DNA of 64,000 bases from Burkholderiaceae bacterium (GTDB lineage: Bacteria > Pseudomonadota > Gammaproteobacteria > Burkholderiales > Burkholderiaceae_C), in NCBI GenBank assembly GCA_013360485.1, contig JABWBN010000001.1, forward strand, positions 15,282 through 79,281, read 5' to 3'. Position 1 is the first letter of the stretch, and each line of letters begins with the position of its first letter. Positions 47,470 through 57,718 of this stretch are shown piece by piece. Both the position numbers and the translations under genes were made by a program. Below the pieces are notes generated by a model. It was not told the origin of the DNA. It saw only the letters and a program-made list of their open reading frames with translations, and did no database searches.

Positions 47470-48108
47470 TCAATGGGCCGAGGATGCCTCGGCAACGGAC
47501 TCGGCGCGGCGTGCACCGGTGAAGCGGCGAGCCCAATACGATTGCCGCAGGTCCTCGATTCGAACCAGCGCGCCGGATCGAGGCGCATGGATGAACTTGT
47601 GGTCACCGAGGTAGATGCCCACGTGCGAGAACGTGCGCCGCATGGTGTTGAAGAACACCAGATCGCCTGGCTTGAGCTCGGCGCGCTGGACCTTGGTCAA
47701 CGTGTCGGCAGAAGCCTGCTCATGGGCGCTGCGTGGCAGGACGAGCCCGACGCTGGTTTCGAAGATGTGGCGAGTGAAGCTGCTGCAGTCGAAACCGTCT
47801 GTTTCGCTGCTCGCGCCGCGGCGGTACGGCACGCCCAGAAAGCTCATGGCCGAACTGACCAGCTCCGATGCAGTGTCGCGCACCGACTGCATGAGCGCAG
47901 GAGTCGCGGCCGGTGGGAGCAATGCCCGCTCGGTTGGCGCTGGGCTGGCCGCAGCCACTGGAGCAGCGCCAGTCTCTGCGGGCGGCGCGGCCCATAGGGC
48001 CAGGGGGCAGGCCAGTGCGGCACACAGTGCCAGCACACGCCGCGAGCGGCTGCCAAACGGCAGACGACGATGTGGCGGGCGACAGCGGGACGGGTGCAGG
48101 TTGGGCAT
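47470..48108 (-). CDS. NlpC/P60 (C40) peptidoglycan endopeptidase
   Basis: LGVPY, GFDCSSF, GDLVFF, SHVGIY, FIHAP. Confidence 0.92.
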   Translation of the reverse strand: MPNLHPSRCRPPHRRLPFGSRSRRVLALCAALACPLALWAAPPAETGAAPVAAASPAPTERALLPPAATPALMQSVRDTASELVSSAMSFLGVPYRRGASSETDGFDCSSFTRHIFETSVGLVLPRSAHEQASADTLTKVQRAELKPGDLVFFNTMRRTFSHVGIYLGDHKFIHAPRSGALVRIEDLRQSYWARRFTGARRAESVAEASSAH

Positions 48109-48281
48109 ACGGCGGCGAAGAATACCATCGGTCGTTCGGGGGGTTGCGCGGGTTGCACCGGATCGGGTTGACCCCCGTCATCTGCTATAGCGTGGCAGGG
48201 AGAAGCGTCAGTGTGTTGTCAGAGCCGCGCCGTGCAATCGCCGGCCAGCAACCCCTCATCCACACCCTGGAGGCCAGCCGC

Positions 48282-50180
48282 ATGAGTGCCTATCGCGAAT
48301 TCCACCGCCGTTCGATCGAGCAACGCGACGCGTTCTGGAGCGAGCAGGCCGCGCTGATCGACTGGCAAGCGCCGTTCGAGCAGGTGTGCGACTACAGCCG
48401 CCCGCCGTTCGCACGATGGTTCGTCGGTGGGCGCACCAACCTTTGCCACAACGCCGTCGACCGCCATTTGGCCGACCGCGCGGACCGGAACGCGCTGATC
48501 TGGGTGTCGACGGAAGTCGACCAGGAACGGATCTACTCATTTGCTGAACTCCATGCCGAAGTGCAGCGCATGGCAGCCATCCTGCAGTCGATGGGGGTCC
48601 GGCAGGGCGATCGCGTCCTGATCTACATGCCGATGATTCCGGAGGCGGCGTTCGCGATGCTCGCCTGTGCGCGCATCGGCGCCATCCACTCGGTGGTGTT
48701 CGGTGGATTCGCCAGCCACAGCCTGGCCAGCCGGATCGACGACGCCCAGCCCACTGTGATCGTGAGCGCGGATGCTGGCAGCCGCGGAGGCAAGGTCGTG
48801 GCCTACAAGCCACTGCTCGACGAGGCCATCCGCCTGGCGGGGCACAAGCCGGCGCGCGTGCTCATGGTGGACCGGGGCCTGGCCGCGTTCGATCGCGTGG
48901 CCGACCGCGATATCGACTACGCGGTGATGCGTCAACAGCACCTTGATACCGCCGTGCCCTGCGCCTGGGTCGAGGCGACGGCGCCCAGCTACACGCTCTA
49001 CACATCGGGCACGACGGGCAAACCCAAGGGCGTGCAGCGCGACACCGGCGGCTATGCGGTGGCGCTGGCGGCGTCCATGAAGCACATTTTTTGCGGCCAA
49101 CCGGGCGAGACCTATTTCTCCACCAGCGACATCGGCTGGGTGGTCGGCCACAGCTACATCATCTATGGCCCCCTGATCGCCGGGATGGCCACCATCATGT
49201 ACGAGGGCTTGCCGATCCGGCCCGACGGCGGCATCTGGTGGCAACTGGTCGAGAAGTACAAAGTCACGGTGATGTTCAGCGCACCCACCGCGGTGCGGGT
49301 ACTGAAGAAGCAGGATCCAGCCTTCCTGACGAAGTACGACCTGTCCTCGCTGCGCGCGCTGTTCCTGGCTGGTGAGCCGCTGGACGAGCCTACCGCGAAG
49401 TGGATTGCCGAGGGATTGGGCAAGCCCATCATCGACAACTACTGGCAGACGGAGACTGGCTGGCCCATCCTCACGATCGCCAATGGCATCGAAAAGGCAC
49501 CTTCCAAGTTCGGATCGCCCGGGGTGCCGATGTACGGCTACGACGTCAAGCTGATCGACGAAAACACCGGGCAGACGCTGGAAGGCGTGAATGAGAAGGG
49601 CGTGGTGGCCATCGAGGGCCCATTGCCGCCCGGATGCATGCAGACCGTGTGGGGCGACGATGACCGCTTCGTCAAGACTTACTGGAACACCATCCCGGGC
49701 CGCATGGTCTACAGCACCTTCGACTGGGGCATCCGCGACGCCGACGGGTACTACTTCATCCTGGGTCGAACCGATGACGTGATCAACGTGGCCGGCCACC
49801 GGCTGGGCACGCGGGAAATCGAGGAGAGCATCTCCAGCCACCCCAACGTGGCCGAGGTGGCGGTGGTTGGCGTGGCTGACCAGTTGAAGGGGCAGGTCGC
49901 GATGGCCTTCGCCGTGCTCAAGGACCCTTCGCGTGCAGCCGGCGAAGCGGACGCGCTCAAGCTCGAGGGCGAGATCATGAAGGTGGTCGATGAACAGCTT
50001 GGCGCGGTGGCGCGACCCGCGCGCGTTCGCTTCGTGACGGTGTTGCCCAAGACACGCTCGGGCAAGCTGCTGCGCCGGGCGATCCAAGCGGTGTGCGAGC
50101 AGCGCGACCCGGGCGACTTGACGACCATCGAGGATCCGACGGCCCTGCAACAGATCAAGGAGCTGGTCGGCCCACGCTAG
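48282..50180 (+). CDS. prpE: Propionate--CoA ligase
   Basis: YTSGTTGKPKGVQRD, DIGWVVGHSY, DNYWQTETG, NVAGHRLG, PKTRSGK. Confidence 0.9.
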   Translation: MSAYREFHRRSIEQRDAFWSEQAALIDWQAPFEQVCDYSRPPFARWFVGGRTNLCHNAVDRHLADRADRNALIWVSTEVDQERIYSFAELHAEVQRMAAILQSMGVRQGDRVLIYMPMIPEAAFAMLACARIGAIHSVVFGGFASHSLASRIDDAQPTVIVSADAGSRGGKVVAYKPLLDEAIRLAGHKPARVLMVDRGLAAFDRVADRDIDYAVMRQQHLDTAVPCAWVEATAPSYTLYTSGTTGKPKGVQRDTGGYAVALAASMKHIFCGQPGETYFSTSDIGWVVGHSYIIYGPLIAGMATIMYEGLPIRPDGGIWWQLVEKYKVTVMFSAPTAVRVLKKQDPAFLTKYDLSSLRALFLAGEPLDEPTAKWIAEGLGKPIIDNYWQTETGWPILTIANGIEKAPSKFGSPGVPMYGYDVKLIDENTGQTLEGVNEKGVVAIEGPLPPGCMQTVWGDDDRFVKTYWNTIPGRMVYSTFDWGIRDADGYYFILGRTDDVINVAGHRLGTREIEESISSHPNVAEVAVVGVADQLKGQVAMAFAVLKDPSRAAGEADALKLEGEIMKVVDEQLGAVARPARVRFVTVLPKTRSGKLLRRAIQAVCEQRDPGDLTTIEDPTALQQIKELVGPR

Positions 50181-50278
50181 CGATTCGGCGCCTCCGATCC
50201 GCCGTTCGTCGCCCGGGCCGCGGCCCGGTGCGGCGCGCCCGGTAGCATCCGGGCTTTTCAAGTGTCCGAGGGTCCGAG

Positions 50279-52108
50279 ATGCTCAAGAATTTCCTGACGG
50301 TTTCTGCCGTGGCATGGGCCTGCGCGCTCGCGGGTGCACCGGCTGCGATGGCACAGCCCAAGCCGCGCATCGAGCGCGCGGCCGACATGCCGCGCTTCAC
50401 CTACAAGATCGACGGCACGCTCGAGGAGATCGTGCGCTCCGGCGATCGCTTCGCACCGTTGGCTGCCGCCATCCGCCGTGACATCGAAGCGGTGTTGGCC
50501 GGCTACGAGATCCCCGACAAGGGTACGCAGCGCGACCTGATCGCCACGTTGGCGGCGTTGGACTTCCTGGACGGTCAATACGAGCGCAGCATCGAGCGGC
50601 TGCAAGCGGTGAAGGCGTTGCAGGACAAGCCGGCGGACAAACTGCTGTCGGGCCTGAGGCTGCGGGTGATGGCGCAGGCGGCCAAGGCGCAAGCCGCCGG
50701 CAGCGAGGGCTATCGCAGGGCAGTGGCCGCGGGGATCCGCCGCGAGCTCGATGCCATGCCGTACGCTGTGATCGAGAACGACATCAAAGGCGCCAAGGCC
50801 GGCGCGGAGTTGATGGGCGAGGCGCTGATGCTGGGGCGTGTGCGCGAAGTGCTGCAGCCGATCGTCGACAAGACCGGTGCGCTGTCCAACGAGTTCGCGC
50901 CTGGCCTGATCAGCGTGCGACTGGGACTGGTGGCGATGCTGCCGCTGAAGTCGGAGCTGGTGACGACCTACAGCGAGTACCTCGCCGCCCATCGAGTGCA
51001 GAAGGCTGACATCTGGGCGGCGCGCGATCTGACACTGCCGGCCAAGGGTCCGACGGTGGTGCTCGGCGTCTGGGACAGCGGCATCGACTTTTCGCTGTTC
51101 GGCAAGCAGGTGCGGCGCGAGCAGGGCAAGCCTGCGCTGATCGCCTTCGACAAGTACGCGAGGCCCTCGGCCAATCCGCTGCCCCCGCTGCCGCCGGGCA
51201 TCGCAGGCAAGATCGGCGAGATGACCGCCCGGACCAAGGGTTTCTCGGACCTGCAGTCCAACATCGACAGTGAGGAGGCCACGCAGGTCAAGCAGTTGCT
51301 GTCGTCGCTGACGAAAGACCAGTACAAGCGAACCATTGAAGAACTGCTGGCGGCAGGCAACTACGAGCATGGCACCCATGTATCGGGCATCGCACTGGCC
51401 GGCAATCCGCAGGCGCGCCTGGTGTTCGGCCGGCTCGAGTTCGGCGCCACGCTGATGCCCGACCCCTGCCCGAGCAAGGAGCAGGCGCAGCGCGATGCGG
51501 CGTCGTTCGCACAGACCGTGGCGTTCTTCCAGCGCCACCGCGCCCGCGTGGTCAACATGAGCTGGGGCGGTAGCGTGGTCGAGGTCGAGGGCGACCTGGA
51601 GCGCTGCGGCATGGGCAAGACGCCCGATGAGCGCAAGGCGATGGCGCGCGAGATCTTCGACATCGGCAAGCAGGGCCTGACCCAGGCAATGGCCGGCGCG
51701 CCGCAGATCCTGTTCGTGGCGGCTGCCGGCAACAGCAACAGCGATGCGACGTTCAACGAGTCGATGCCTGCGGATATCGTGCTGCCCAACCTGCTGACGG
51801 TGGGCGCGGTCGACCGCGCTGGTGACGAGGCGCCGTTCACCAGCTACGGCCCGACTGTCAAGGTCCACGCCAATGGCTATCAGGTCGAAAGCCTGTTGCC
51901 AGGCGGGGCGCGAGTGGCGCTGTCGGGCACCTCGATGGCGGCACCGCAGGTCACCAACCTTGCCGCCAAGCTGCTGGTGCTGAACCCGAAGCTGACGACC
52001 GCGCAATTGATCGAGGCGATCGTCGGGAGCGCGGAGAAGACCGCCGACGGCCGCCGGGTGCTGATGCATCCCAAGAAGGCGGCCGAGGTGGTGCAGGGCC
52101 GCCGCTGA
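50279..52108 (+). CDS. Secreted S8 (subtilisin-like) serine peptidase
   Basis: Signal peptide; triad VWDSG / HGTHVSG / GTSMAAP; oxyanion AAGNS. Confidence 0.9.
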   Translation: MLKNFLTVSAVAWACALAGAPAAMAQPKPRIERAADMPRFTYKIDGTLEEIVRSGDRFAPLAAAIRRDIEAVLAGYEIPDKGTQRDLIATLAALDFLDGQYERSIERLQAVKALQDKPADKLLSGLRLRVMAQAAKAQAAGSEGYRRAVAAGIRRELDAMPYAVIENDIKGAKAGAELMGEALMLGRVREVLQPIVDKTGALSNEFAPGLISVRLGLVAMLPLKSELVTTYSEYLAAHRVQKADIWAARDLTLPAKGPTVVLGVWDSGIDFSLFGKQVRREQGKPALIAFDKYARPSANPLPPLPPGIAGKIGEMTARTKGFSDLQSNIDSEEATQVKQLLSSLTKDQYKRTIEELLAAGNYEHGTHVSGIALAGNPQARLVFGRLEFGATLMPDPCPSKEQAQRDAASFAQTVAFFQRHRARVVNMSWGGSVVEVEGDLERCGMGKTPDERKAMAREIFDIGKQGLTQAMAGAPQILFVAAAGNSNSDATFNESMPADIVLPNLLTVGAVDRAGDEAPFTSYGPTVKVHANGYQVESLLPGGARVALSGTSMAAPQVTNLAAKLLVLNPKLTTAQLIEAIVGSAEKTADGRRVLMHPKKAAEVVQGRR

Positions 52109-52123
52109 AGGTGACTCTGGGCG

Positions 52124-53785
52124 CTACAGCACCTCGGAGGCGAAGTCGGCCAGTCGCGAGCGTTCACCGCGGGCCAGCATCACGTGTCCCGAGTGCGGCC
52201 AGCCCTTGAACCGGTCCACCGCATAGGTCAGGCCGGATGAACCTTCGGTGAGGTAGGGCGTGTCGATCTGCGCCAGATTGCCCAGGCAGACGATCTTGGT
52301 GCCTGGGCCAGCGCGGGTGATCAAGGTCTTCATCTGCTTGGGTGTGAGGTTCTGCGCCTCGTCGATCAGCACGAACTTGTTGAGGAAGGTGCGGCCGCGC
52401 ATGAAGTTCAGGCTCTTGATCTTGATCTTGCTGCGCACAAGGTCCTGGGTGGCCGCGCGCCCCCATTCGCCCGCGGTGCCGTCGGCACGCGCGAGTACTT
52501 CGAGGTTGTCGTCCAGCGCGCCCATCCAGGGCCCCATCTTCTCCTCTTCGGTGCCGGGCAGGAAGCCGATGTCCTCGCCCACCGGTACGGTGACGCGGGT
52601 GACGATGATCTCGGTGTAGCGCCTGTCGTCCAGCACTTGCGACAAACCGGCGGCCAGGCTCATCAGCGTCTTGCCGGTGCCAGCGGTGCCGGTCAGCGAG
52701 ACGAAGTCGCAGTCCGGATCCATCAGCAGGTTCAATGCGAAGTTCTGTTCTCGGTTGCGCGCGGTGACGCCCCATACCGAGTTCTTGGTGTGGGTGTAGT
52801 CCTTGAGCGTGCGCAGAACTGCCGTGCGGCCGGTGATCTCGGTCACGCGGGCGTACAGGGCGGCAGCCCCCGGGGTTTCGAGATAGACGAACTGATTGAC
52901 CATCAGCGCGGGTACCAGGGGGCCGCTGATGCGGTAGTAGGTCTGGCCGCCCTGCTGCCAGCTCTCCATGGTCTTGCCGTGGCGCTCCCAGAAATCGGCA
53001 GGCAGCGGCAGCACACCGGTGTAGAGCAGGTCACCGTCTTCCAGGACCTTGTCGTTGAAATAGTCTTCGGCAGCCAGCCCGAGTGCACGGGCTTTCACGC
53101 GCATGTTGATGTCCTTGGACACCAGCACCACGTCGCGGCCGGCGTGCTGCTCGCGCAGCGACTGCACGACACCCAGGATCTGGTTGTCGGCCTTGCCCTG
53201 CGGCAGGCCGTCGGGCAACCGGACATCGATCAGACGGGTCTGGAAGAACAGCTTGCCGGCGGCGTCCTTGTGCCCTGTCTTGGCCAGCGGTATGCCGTCC
53301 TTGGGATCGAGCTTGGCGTCGGTGGCCAAGGCGTCGAGTTCCCGGCTGACCTGCCTGGCATTGCGGGCGACCTCGCTCATGCCCTTCTTGTGGCTGTCGA
53401 GTTCTTCCAGCGTGATCATCGGCAGGAAGACGTCATGCTCCTCGAACCGGAACAGACTCATCGGATCGTGCATGAGCACGTTGGTGTCGAGCACGAACAG
53501 CTTGGGCGGGCCCTCGGACCGTGTCTTGCGGGCGCGAGGCCGCGGTTGGGGCCCGGCGGGTGCCGCGACGGATGCCGGGCGCGCCGGCTGCCGCACCTGG
53601 GGTTCGACCGCACGTGCTGCTGGCGGCAGTGTGGTGGTATCGAGCAGTGTGGGTCCGCTCGACGCGGGCTCGGCCAGTGCGGCGGGTTTGATCGATTTCT
53701 TGCCGGCACGTGGCGCGGCTTGAGCGTCGAAGTCGGTCGGTGAGAGCAGTGCGGCTTTGGTGGCAGGCGGCTTCGGCAGTGGCAT
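52124..53785 (-). CDS. PIN-PhoH (PhoH2/YbeZ-like) ATPase
   Basis: PIN FVLDTNVLMHD..ADNQIL..SKDINMR; PhoH GTAGTGKT, MRGRT, DEAQN. Confidence 0.93.
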   Translation of the reverse strand: MPLPKPPATKAALLSPTDFDAQAAPRAGKKSIKPAALAEPASSGPTLLDTTTLPPAARAVEPQVRQPARPASVAAPAGPQPRPRARKTRSEGPPKLFVLDTNVLMHDPMSLFRFEEHDVFLPMITLEELDSHKKGMSEVARNARQVSRELDALATDAKLDPKDGIPLAKTGHKDAAGKLFFQTRLIDVRLPDGLPQGKADNQILGVVQSLREQHAGRDVVLVSKDINMRVKARALGLAAEDYFNDKVLEDGDLLYTGVLPLPADFWERHGKTMESWQQGGQTYYRISGPLVPALMVNQFVYLETPGAAALYARVTEITGRTAVLRTLKDYTHTKNSVWGVTARNREQNFALNLLMDPDCDFVSLTGTAGTGKTLMSLAAGLSQVLDDRRYTEIIVTRVTVPVGEDIGFLPGTEEEKMGPWMGALDDNLEVLARADGTAGEWGRAATQDLVRSKIKIKSLNFMRGRTFLNKFVLIDEAQNLTPKQMKTLITRAGPGTKIVCLGNLAQIDTPYLTEGSSGLTYAVDRFKGWPHSGHVMLARGERSRLADFASEVL

Positions 53786-53805
53786 GGGCAGGTGCGGCGT
53801 GACGG

Positions 53806-53840
53806 CAAACAAAAAAGCCGCACAGTCGACTGTGCGGCTT
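53806..53840 (-). terminator. Intrinsic terminator immediately upstream of PIN-PhoH
   Basis: Perfect 26-nt palindrome AAGCCGCACAGTCGACTGTGCGGCTT (53815-40) continuing into TTTTGTTTG on the minus strand. Confidence 0.8.
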
Positions 53841-53966
53841 GGAGTTTCAGGTGAAACGCGACGGGCGACTCACATGCATGCGTTGATTATGCACAAGCGC
53901 GGCGCCCGGCGCGCGACAGCGGCGTGACAGAGCCCATGGCTGCCAAATGGCGCGCTGCGCTGCGGG

Positions 53967-54443
53967 TCATGCGGCCTTCTTGAGTTCTTTGACGGCCTTG
54001 AGGACGTCGTCGACATGGCCGGCGACCTTGATGCCTCGCCACTCAGCGCGCAGTACCCCTTGGCCATCGATCAGGAAGGTGCTGCGCTCGATGCCCTTGA
54101 CCTTCTTGCCGTACATGATCTTGTTCTTGACCACGCCAAACATGTGGCACAGCTTCTCTTCGGTATCGGCGATCAGTTCGAAGGGCAGGTCGAGGTTCTG
54201 GCGGAACTTCTCATGCGATGCCATGTTGTCGCGCGACACACCGAATACGGCAGCCCCGGCCTTGAGGAAGTCCTTGTGCTTGTCGCGGAACTGCATGGCC
54301 TCGGTGGTACAGCCGGGGGTGTGGTCCTTCGGGTAGAAGTACAGCACCACGGTTTGACCGGCGAACGCCTGCGGAGTGAACTTCACTCCGCTGGTGGCAT
54401 GCGCTTCGAAGTCGGGCAGGGCTTTGTTGAGGACAGGCGTCAT
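53967..54443 (-). CDS. bcp: Peroxiredoxin, BCP/PrxQ type
   Basis: LYFYPKDHTPGCTTEA, ERSTFLID; TATAAT at 54494-99 on the minus strand. Confidence 0.9.
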   Translation of the reverse strand: MTPVLNKALPDFEAHATSGVKFTPQAFAGQTVVLYFYPKDHTPGCTTEAMQFRDKHKDFLKAGAAVFGVSRDNMASHEKFRQNLDLPFELIADTEEKLCHMFGVVKNKIMYGKKVKGIERSTFLIDGQGVLRAEWRGIKVAGHVDDVLKAVKELKKAA

Positions 54444-54619
54444 GAGCGGGCGGTGGAGTCCAGACGGTAGGCCCTCATAGGGCGTAACACGTGATTATAA
54501 AGTTCCGGCGTGACCGATTCCTCAACGACGCGCGCGGGTCAGGGTAAGCCTCAGGTGACGCGTCTTCGACGGGCGCTTGTTGGGACGAGTCCCACCGGCG
54601 GCTTCACGCCGTCAACGGG

Positions 54620-54997
54620 TCACAGCGCCGGCAGGCGAAGAGCCGCGACAGCACGTCGGCCTTCGGCCACCAGGACGTTGAAGGTTCGGCATGCGGCCGC
54701 CGTGTCCATGGTCTCGACGCCGATGCGTGCGTCGACCAGGGCTCGCAGCACAGCGGCAGGCGGGAACACCAGGCGCGCACCGCTGCCGTAGATCACGACC
54801 TCCGGCTCCATGGCACGCACCGCCTCGAAGTGCGCCGCGTCCAGCATGGCACCCGGCTCCATCGGCCAGGGCCGCACGATACCTTGCCAGGGCACCAGGA
54901 TTGAATGCTCGTAGGCCACAGCACCCACCCAAACCGTGGTCGGTTGGTGGCGGGTGACCACGTTCGTGCCAGGCAATACGTCGGGCTGGAATTTCAC
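54620..54997 (-). CDS. Mth938-like (DUF498) protein
   Basis: PEVVIYGSG, IGVETMDTAAACRTFNVLVAEGRRAVAAL; GTG start inferred. Confidence 0.88.
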   Translation of the reverse strand: MKFQPDVLPGTNVVTRHQPTTVWVGAVAYEHSILVPWQGIVRPWPMEPGAMLDAAHFEAVRAMEPEVVIYGSGARLVFPPAAVLRALVDARIGVETMDTAAACRTFNVLVAEGRRAVAALRLPAL

Positions 54998-55114
54998 TTG
55001 GGGATTCTCGGCCGCGGTGCAGCGGTGCATCGGTGGGTGTGATCGGTAGAATTATAGTTTTTGCATTGCAGCAATGCCGCCCACGGGCGGCGCAGCCCGC
55101 GGGAGCGCATCGCC

Positions 55115-56341
55115 TTGAAGCCCATCGCCAAGTCCAGCAAACTCGACAGCGTCTGCTACGACATCCGCGGTCCGGTGCTCGACAAGGCGCGGCAGATGCA
55201 GGACGAGGGCCACAAGATCATCCAGCTCAACATCGGCAATCTCGCGGTGTTCGGGCTGGAGCCTCCGGACGAAATCGTCCAGGACATGATCCGCAACCTG
55301 CCGCACTCGGCTGGCTACACCGACAGCAAGGGCCTGTTCGCGCCGCGCAAGTCCGTGGTGCACTACACCCAGGAAAAGGGCATTGCCGGGGTGACGGTGG
55401 ACGATGTGTACCTCGGCAATGGTGCTTCGGAACTCATCACGATGAGCCTGAATGCCCTGCTGGACAACGGCGACGAGATCCTGGTGCCCGCACCTGACTA
55501 CCCGCTGTGGACGGCCTCGGTGTCATTGTCGGGTGGCCGCCCCGTGCATTACCTGTGCGACGAAGGAGCCGGCTGGTTGCCCGATCTCGAAGACATCCGA
55601 CGCAAGATCACCCCGCGCACCCGCGGCATCGTCGTCATCAACCCGAACAACCCGACCGGTGCGCTCTACCCCGACGACCTGCTGCGCGAGATTGTCGAGA
55701 TCGCCCGCCAGCACCAGCTCATCGTCTTTGCCGACGAGATCTACGACAAGACGCTGTTCGACGGCCACACCCACACCAGCATCGCCTCGCTGGCCGAAGA
55801 CGTGCTGTTCCTCACCTTCAATGGGCTGTCGAAGAACTACCGCTCCTGCGGGTATCGCGCCGGGTGGATGATTGTCTCTGGCGACAAGCGACATGCCACG
55901 GGCTACATCGAAGGCCTGAATATGCTGTCGTCGATGCGCCTGTGCTCGAACACCCCCGGCCAGCTCGCGATTCAGACTGCATTGGGTGGCTACCAGAGCA
56001 TCAAGGACCTCGTTGCGCCCAGCGGCCGTCTGTGCCGCCAGCGAGACCTGGCCTACAACCTGCTCACGCAGATTCCGGGCGTGAGCGTGGTCAAGCCCAA
56101 GGCGGCGCTGTACATGTTCCCGCGGCTGGACCCGCGTATGTACCCCATCGCCGACGACCAGCAGTTCGCCTACGAACTGCTGGCCGAGGAAAAAGTGCTG
56201 ATCGTGCAGGGCACCGGGTTCAATTGGCCCCAGCCGGATCACTTCCGCCTGGTGTTCCTGCCCAACAGCGACGATCTCGCCGAAGCCGTCGGACGCATCG
56301 ACCGCTTCCTGTCCCACTACCGCAAACGCCACCTCGCCTGA
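55115..56341 (+). CDS. alaA: Glutamate-pyruvate aminotransferase AlaA (class I/II PLP enzyme)
   Basis: KSSKLDSVCYDIRGPV, INPNNPTG, DEIY, GLSKNYRSCGYRAGW; TTG start inferred. Confidence 0.9.
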   Translation: MKPIAKSSKLDSVCYDIRGPVLDKARQMQDEGHKIIQLNIGNLAVFGLEPPDEIVQDMIRNLPHSAGYTDSKGLFAPRKSVVHYTQEKGIAGVTVDDVYLGNGASELITMSLNALLDNGDEILVPAPDYPLWTASVSLSGGRPVHYLCDEGAGWLPDLEDIRRKITPRTRGIVVINPNNPTGALYPDDLLREIVEIARQHQLIVFADEIYDKTLFDGHTHTSIASLAEDVLFLTFNGLSKNYRSCGYRAGWMIVSGDKRHATGYIEGLNMLSSMRLCSNTPGQLAIQTALGGYQSIKDLVAPSGRLCRQRDLAYNLLTQIPGVSVVKPKAALYMFPRLDPRMYPIADDQQFAYELLAEEKVLIVQGTGFNWPQPDHFRLVFLPNSDDLAEAVGRIDRFLSHYRKRHLA

Positions 56342-56353
56342 AAGCACTGCGTC

Positions 56354-57718
56354 ATGAGCACATCCCGCGCACAACCGAACCCGGCCGCCGAGCGGCGCGA
56401 GGCAGATGTCAAGCCGATGCAGGTGGGCCTGCTGGGTATCGGAACGGTCGGTTCGGGCACGTTCAAGGTGCTCACACGCAACCAGACCGAGATCCGCCGG
56501 CGCGCTGGGCGTGGCATCGAGATCGCGATGGTGGCCGACCTGGACGTTGCGCGCGCCCGGTCCATCGTGGGCGAAGGCATCGAGGTGGTGTCCGACGCCC
56601 GTGCGGTGATCGCCAATCCGGCGATCGACATCGTCGTTGAACTCATCGGCGGCTATGGCATCGCGCGTCAACTGGTGATGGAGGCCATCGCCGCGGGCAA
56701 GCACGTGGTCACAGCGAACAAAGCGCTCCTGGCGGTGCATGGCACCGAGATATTCGCCGCGGCGCGGGCCAAGGGCGTGATCGTCGCATTTGAAGCGGCC
56801 GTGGCCGGTGGAATCCCGATCATCAAGGCCCTGCGCGAGGGCCTCACGGCCAATCGCATCGAGTGGATCGCCGGCATCATCAACGGAACCACCAACTTCA
56901 TCCTCAGCGAGATGCGCGACAAGGGGCTCGACTTCGCCGTCGTGCTCAAGGAAGCCCAGCGCCTGGGTTACGCCGAGGCCGATCCGACCTTCGACATCGA
57001 GGGCATCGACGCCGGCCACAAGGTGACGATCATGAGCGCGATCGCGTTTGGCGTCCCCGTGCAATTCGACAAGGCGCACGTCGAGGGGATCACCAAGCTG
57101 CAGGCGGCCGACATCCGCTACGCCGAACAGTTGGGCTACCGCATCAAGTTGCTGGGCATCACGCGGCGGCGCGACGAGGGCATCGAGTTGCGCGTGCACC
57201 CGACGCTGGTGCCGGCCAAGCGGCTGATTGCCAATGTCGAGGGTGCGATGAACGCGGTTGTGGTGCAGGGCGATGCGGTCGGCACCACGCTCTACTACGG
57301 CAAAGGCGCGGGTGCTGAGCCCACGGCCTCGGCGGTGGTGGCCGACCTGGTGGACATCACCCGCCTGCACACGGCAGACCCGGACCACCGCGTGCCGCAC
57401 CTGGCGTTCCAGCCCGACGAGTTGCACGACACGCCCATCCTGCCGATCGAGCAGGTCGTCACCTCGTTCTACCTGCGGCTGCAGGTGGCCGACCAGGCGG
57501 GGGTCCTGTCCCGGATCACGACGATCCTCGCCGAGCGCGACATCTCCATCGACGCGGTACTGCAGCGCGAGAGCGCCGAGGGCGAGAAGCAGACCGATCT
57601 CATCATCCTGACCCACGATACCGTCGAAGGGCACATGCGCGCAGCCCTGGCGGCGATGCAGGTGTTGCCCACCGTGCTGGCACCCATCGTGAGCATCCGC
57701 AAGGAAGAACTGAACTGA
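56354..57718 (+). CDS. hom: Homoserine dehydrogenase with ACT domain
   Basis: GIGTVG, VTANKA, EAAVAGGIP, NGTTNFIL, GYAEADP; start may be 56417. Confidence 0.96.
   Translation: MSTSRAQPNPAAERREADVKPMQVGLLGIGTVGSGTFKVLTRNQTEIRRRAGRGIEIAMVADLDVARARSIVGEGIEVVSDARAVIANPAIDIVVELIGGYGIARQLVMEAIAAGKHVVTANKALLAVHGTEIFAAARAKGVIVAFEAAVAGGIPIIKALREGLTANRIEWIAGIINGTTNFILSEMRDKGLDFAVVLKEAQRLGYAEADPTFDIEGIDAGHKVTIMSAIAFGVPVQFDKAHVEGITKLQAADIRYAEQLGYRIKLLGITRRRDEGIELRVHPTLVPAKRLIANVEGAMNAVVVQGDAVGTTLYYGKGAGAEPTASAVVADLVDITRLHTADPDHRVPHLAFQPDELHDTPILPIEQVVTSFYLRLQVADQAGVLSRITTILAERDISIDAVLQRESAEGEKQTDLIILTHDTVEGHMRAALAAMQVLPTVLAPIVSIRKEELN

Noticed and set aside
48141-48170. Three GGGTTG copies in the NlpC/prpE divergent region
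   Set aside because: Short, irregularly spaced (9 and 15 nt) and plausible by chance at this GC content.
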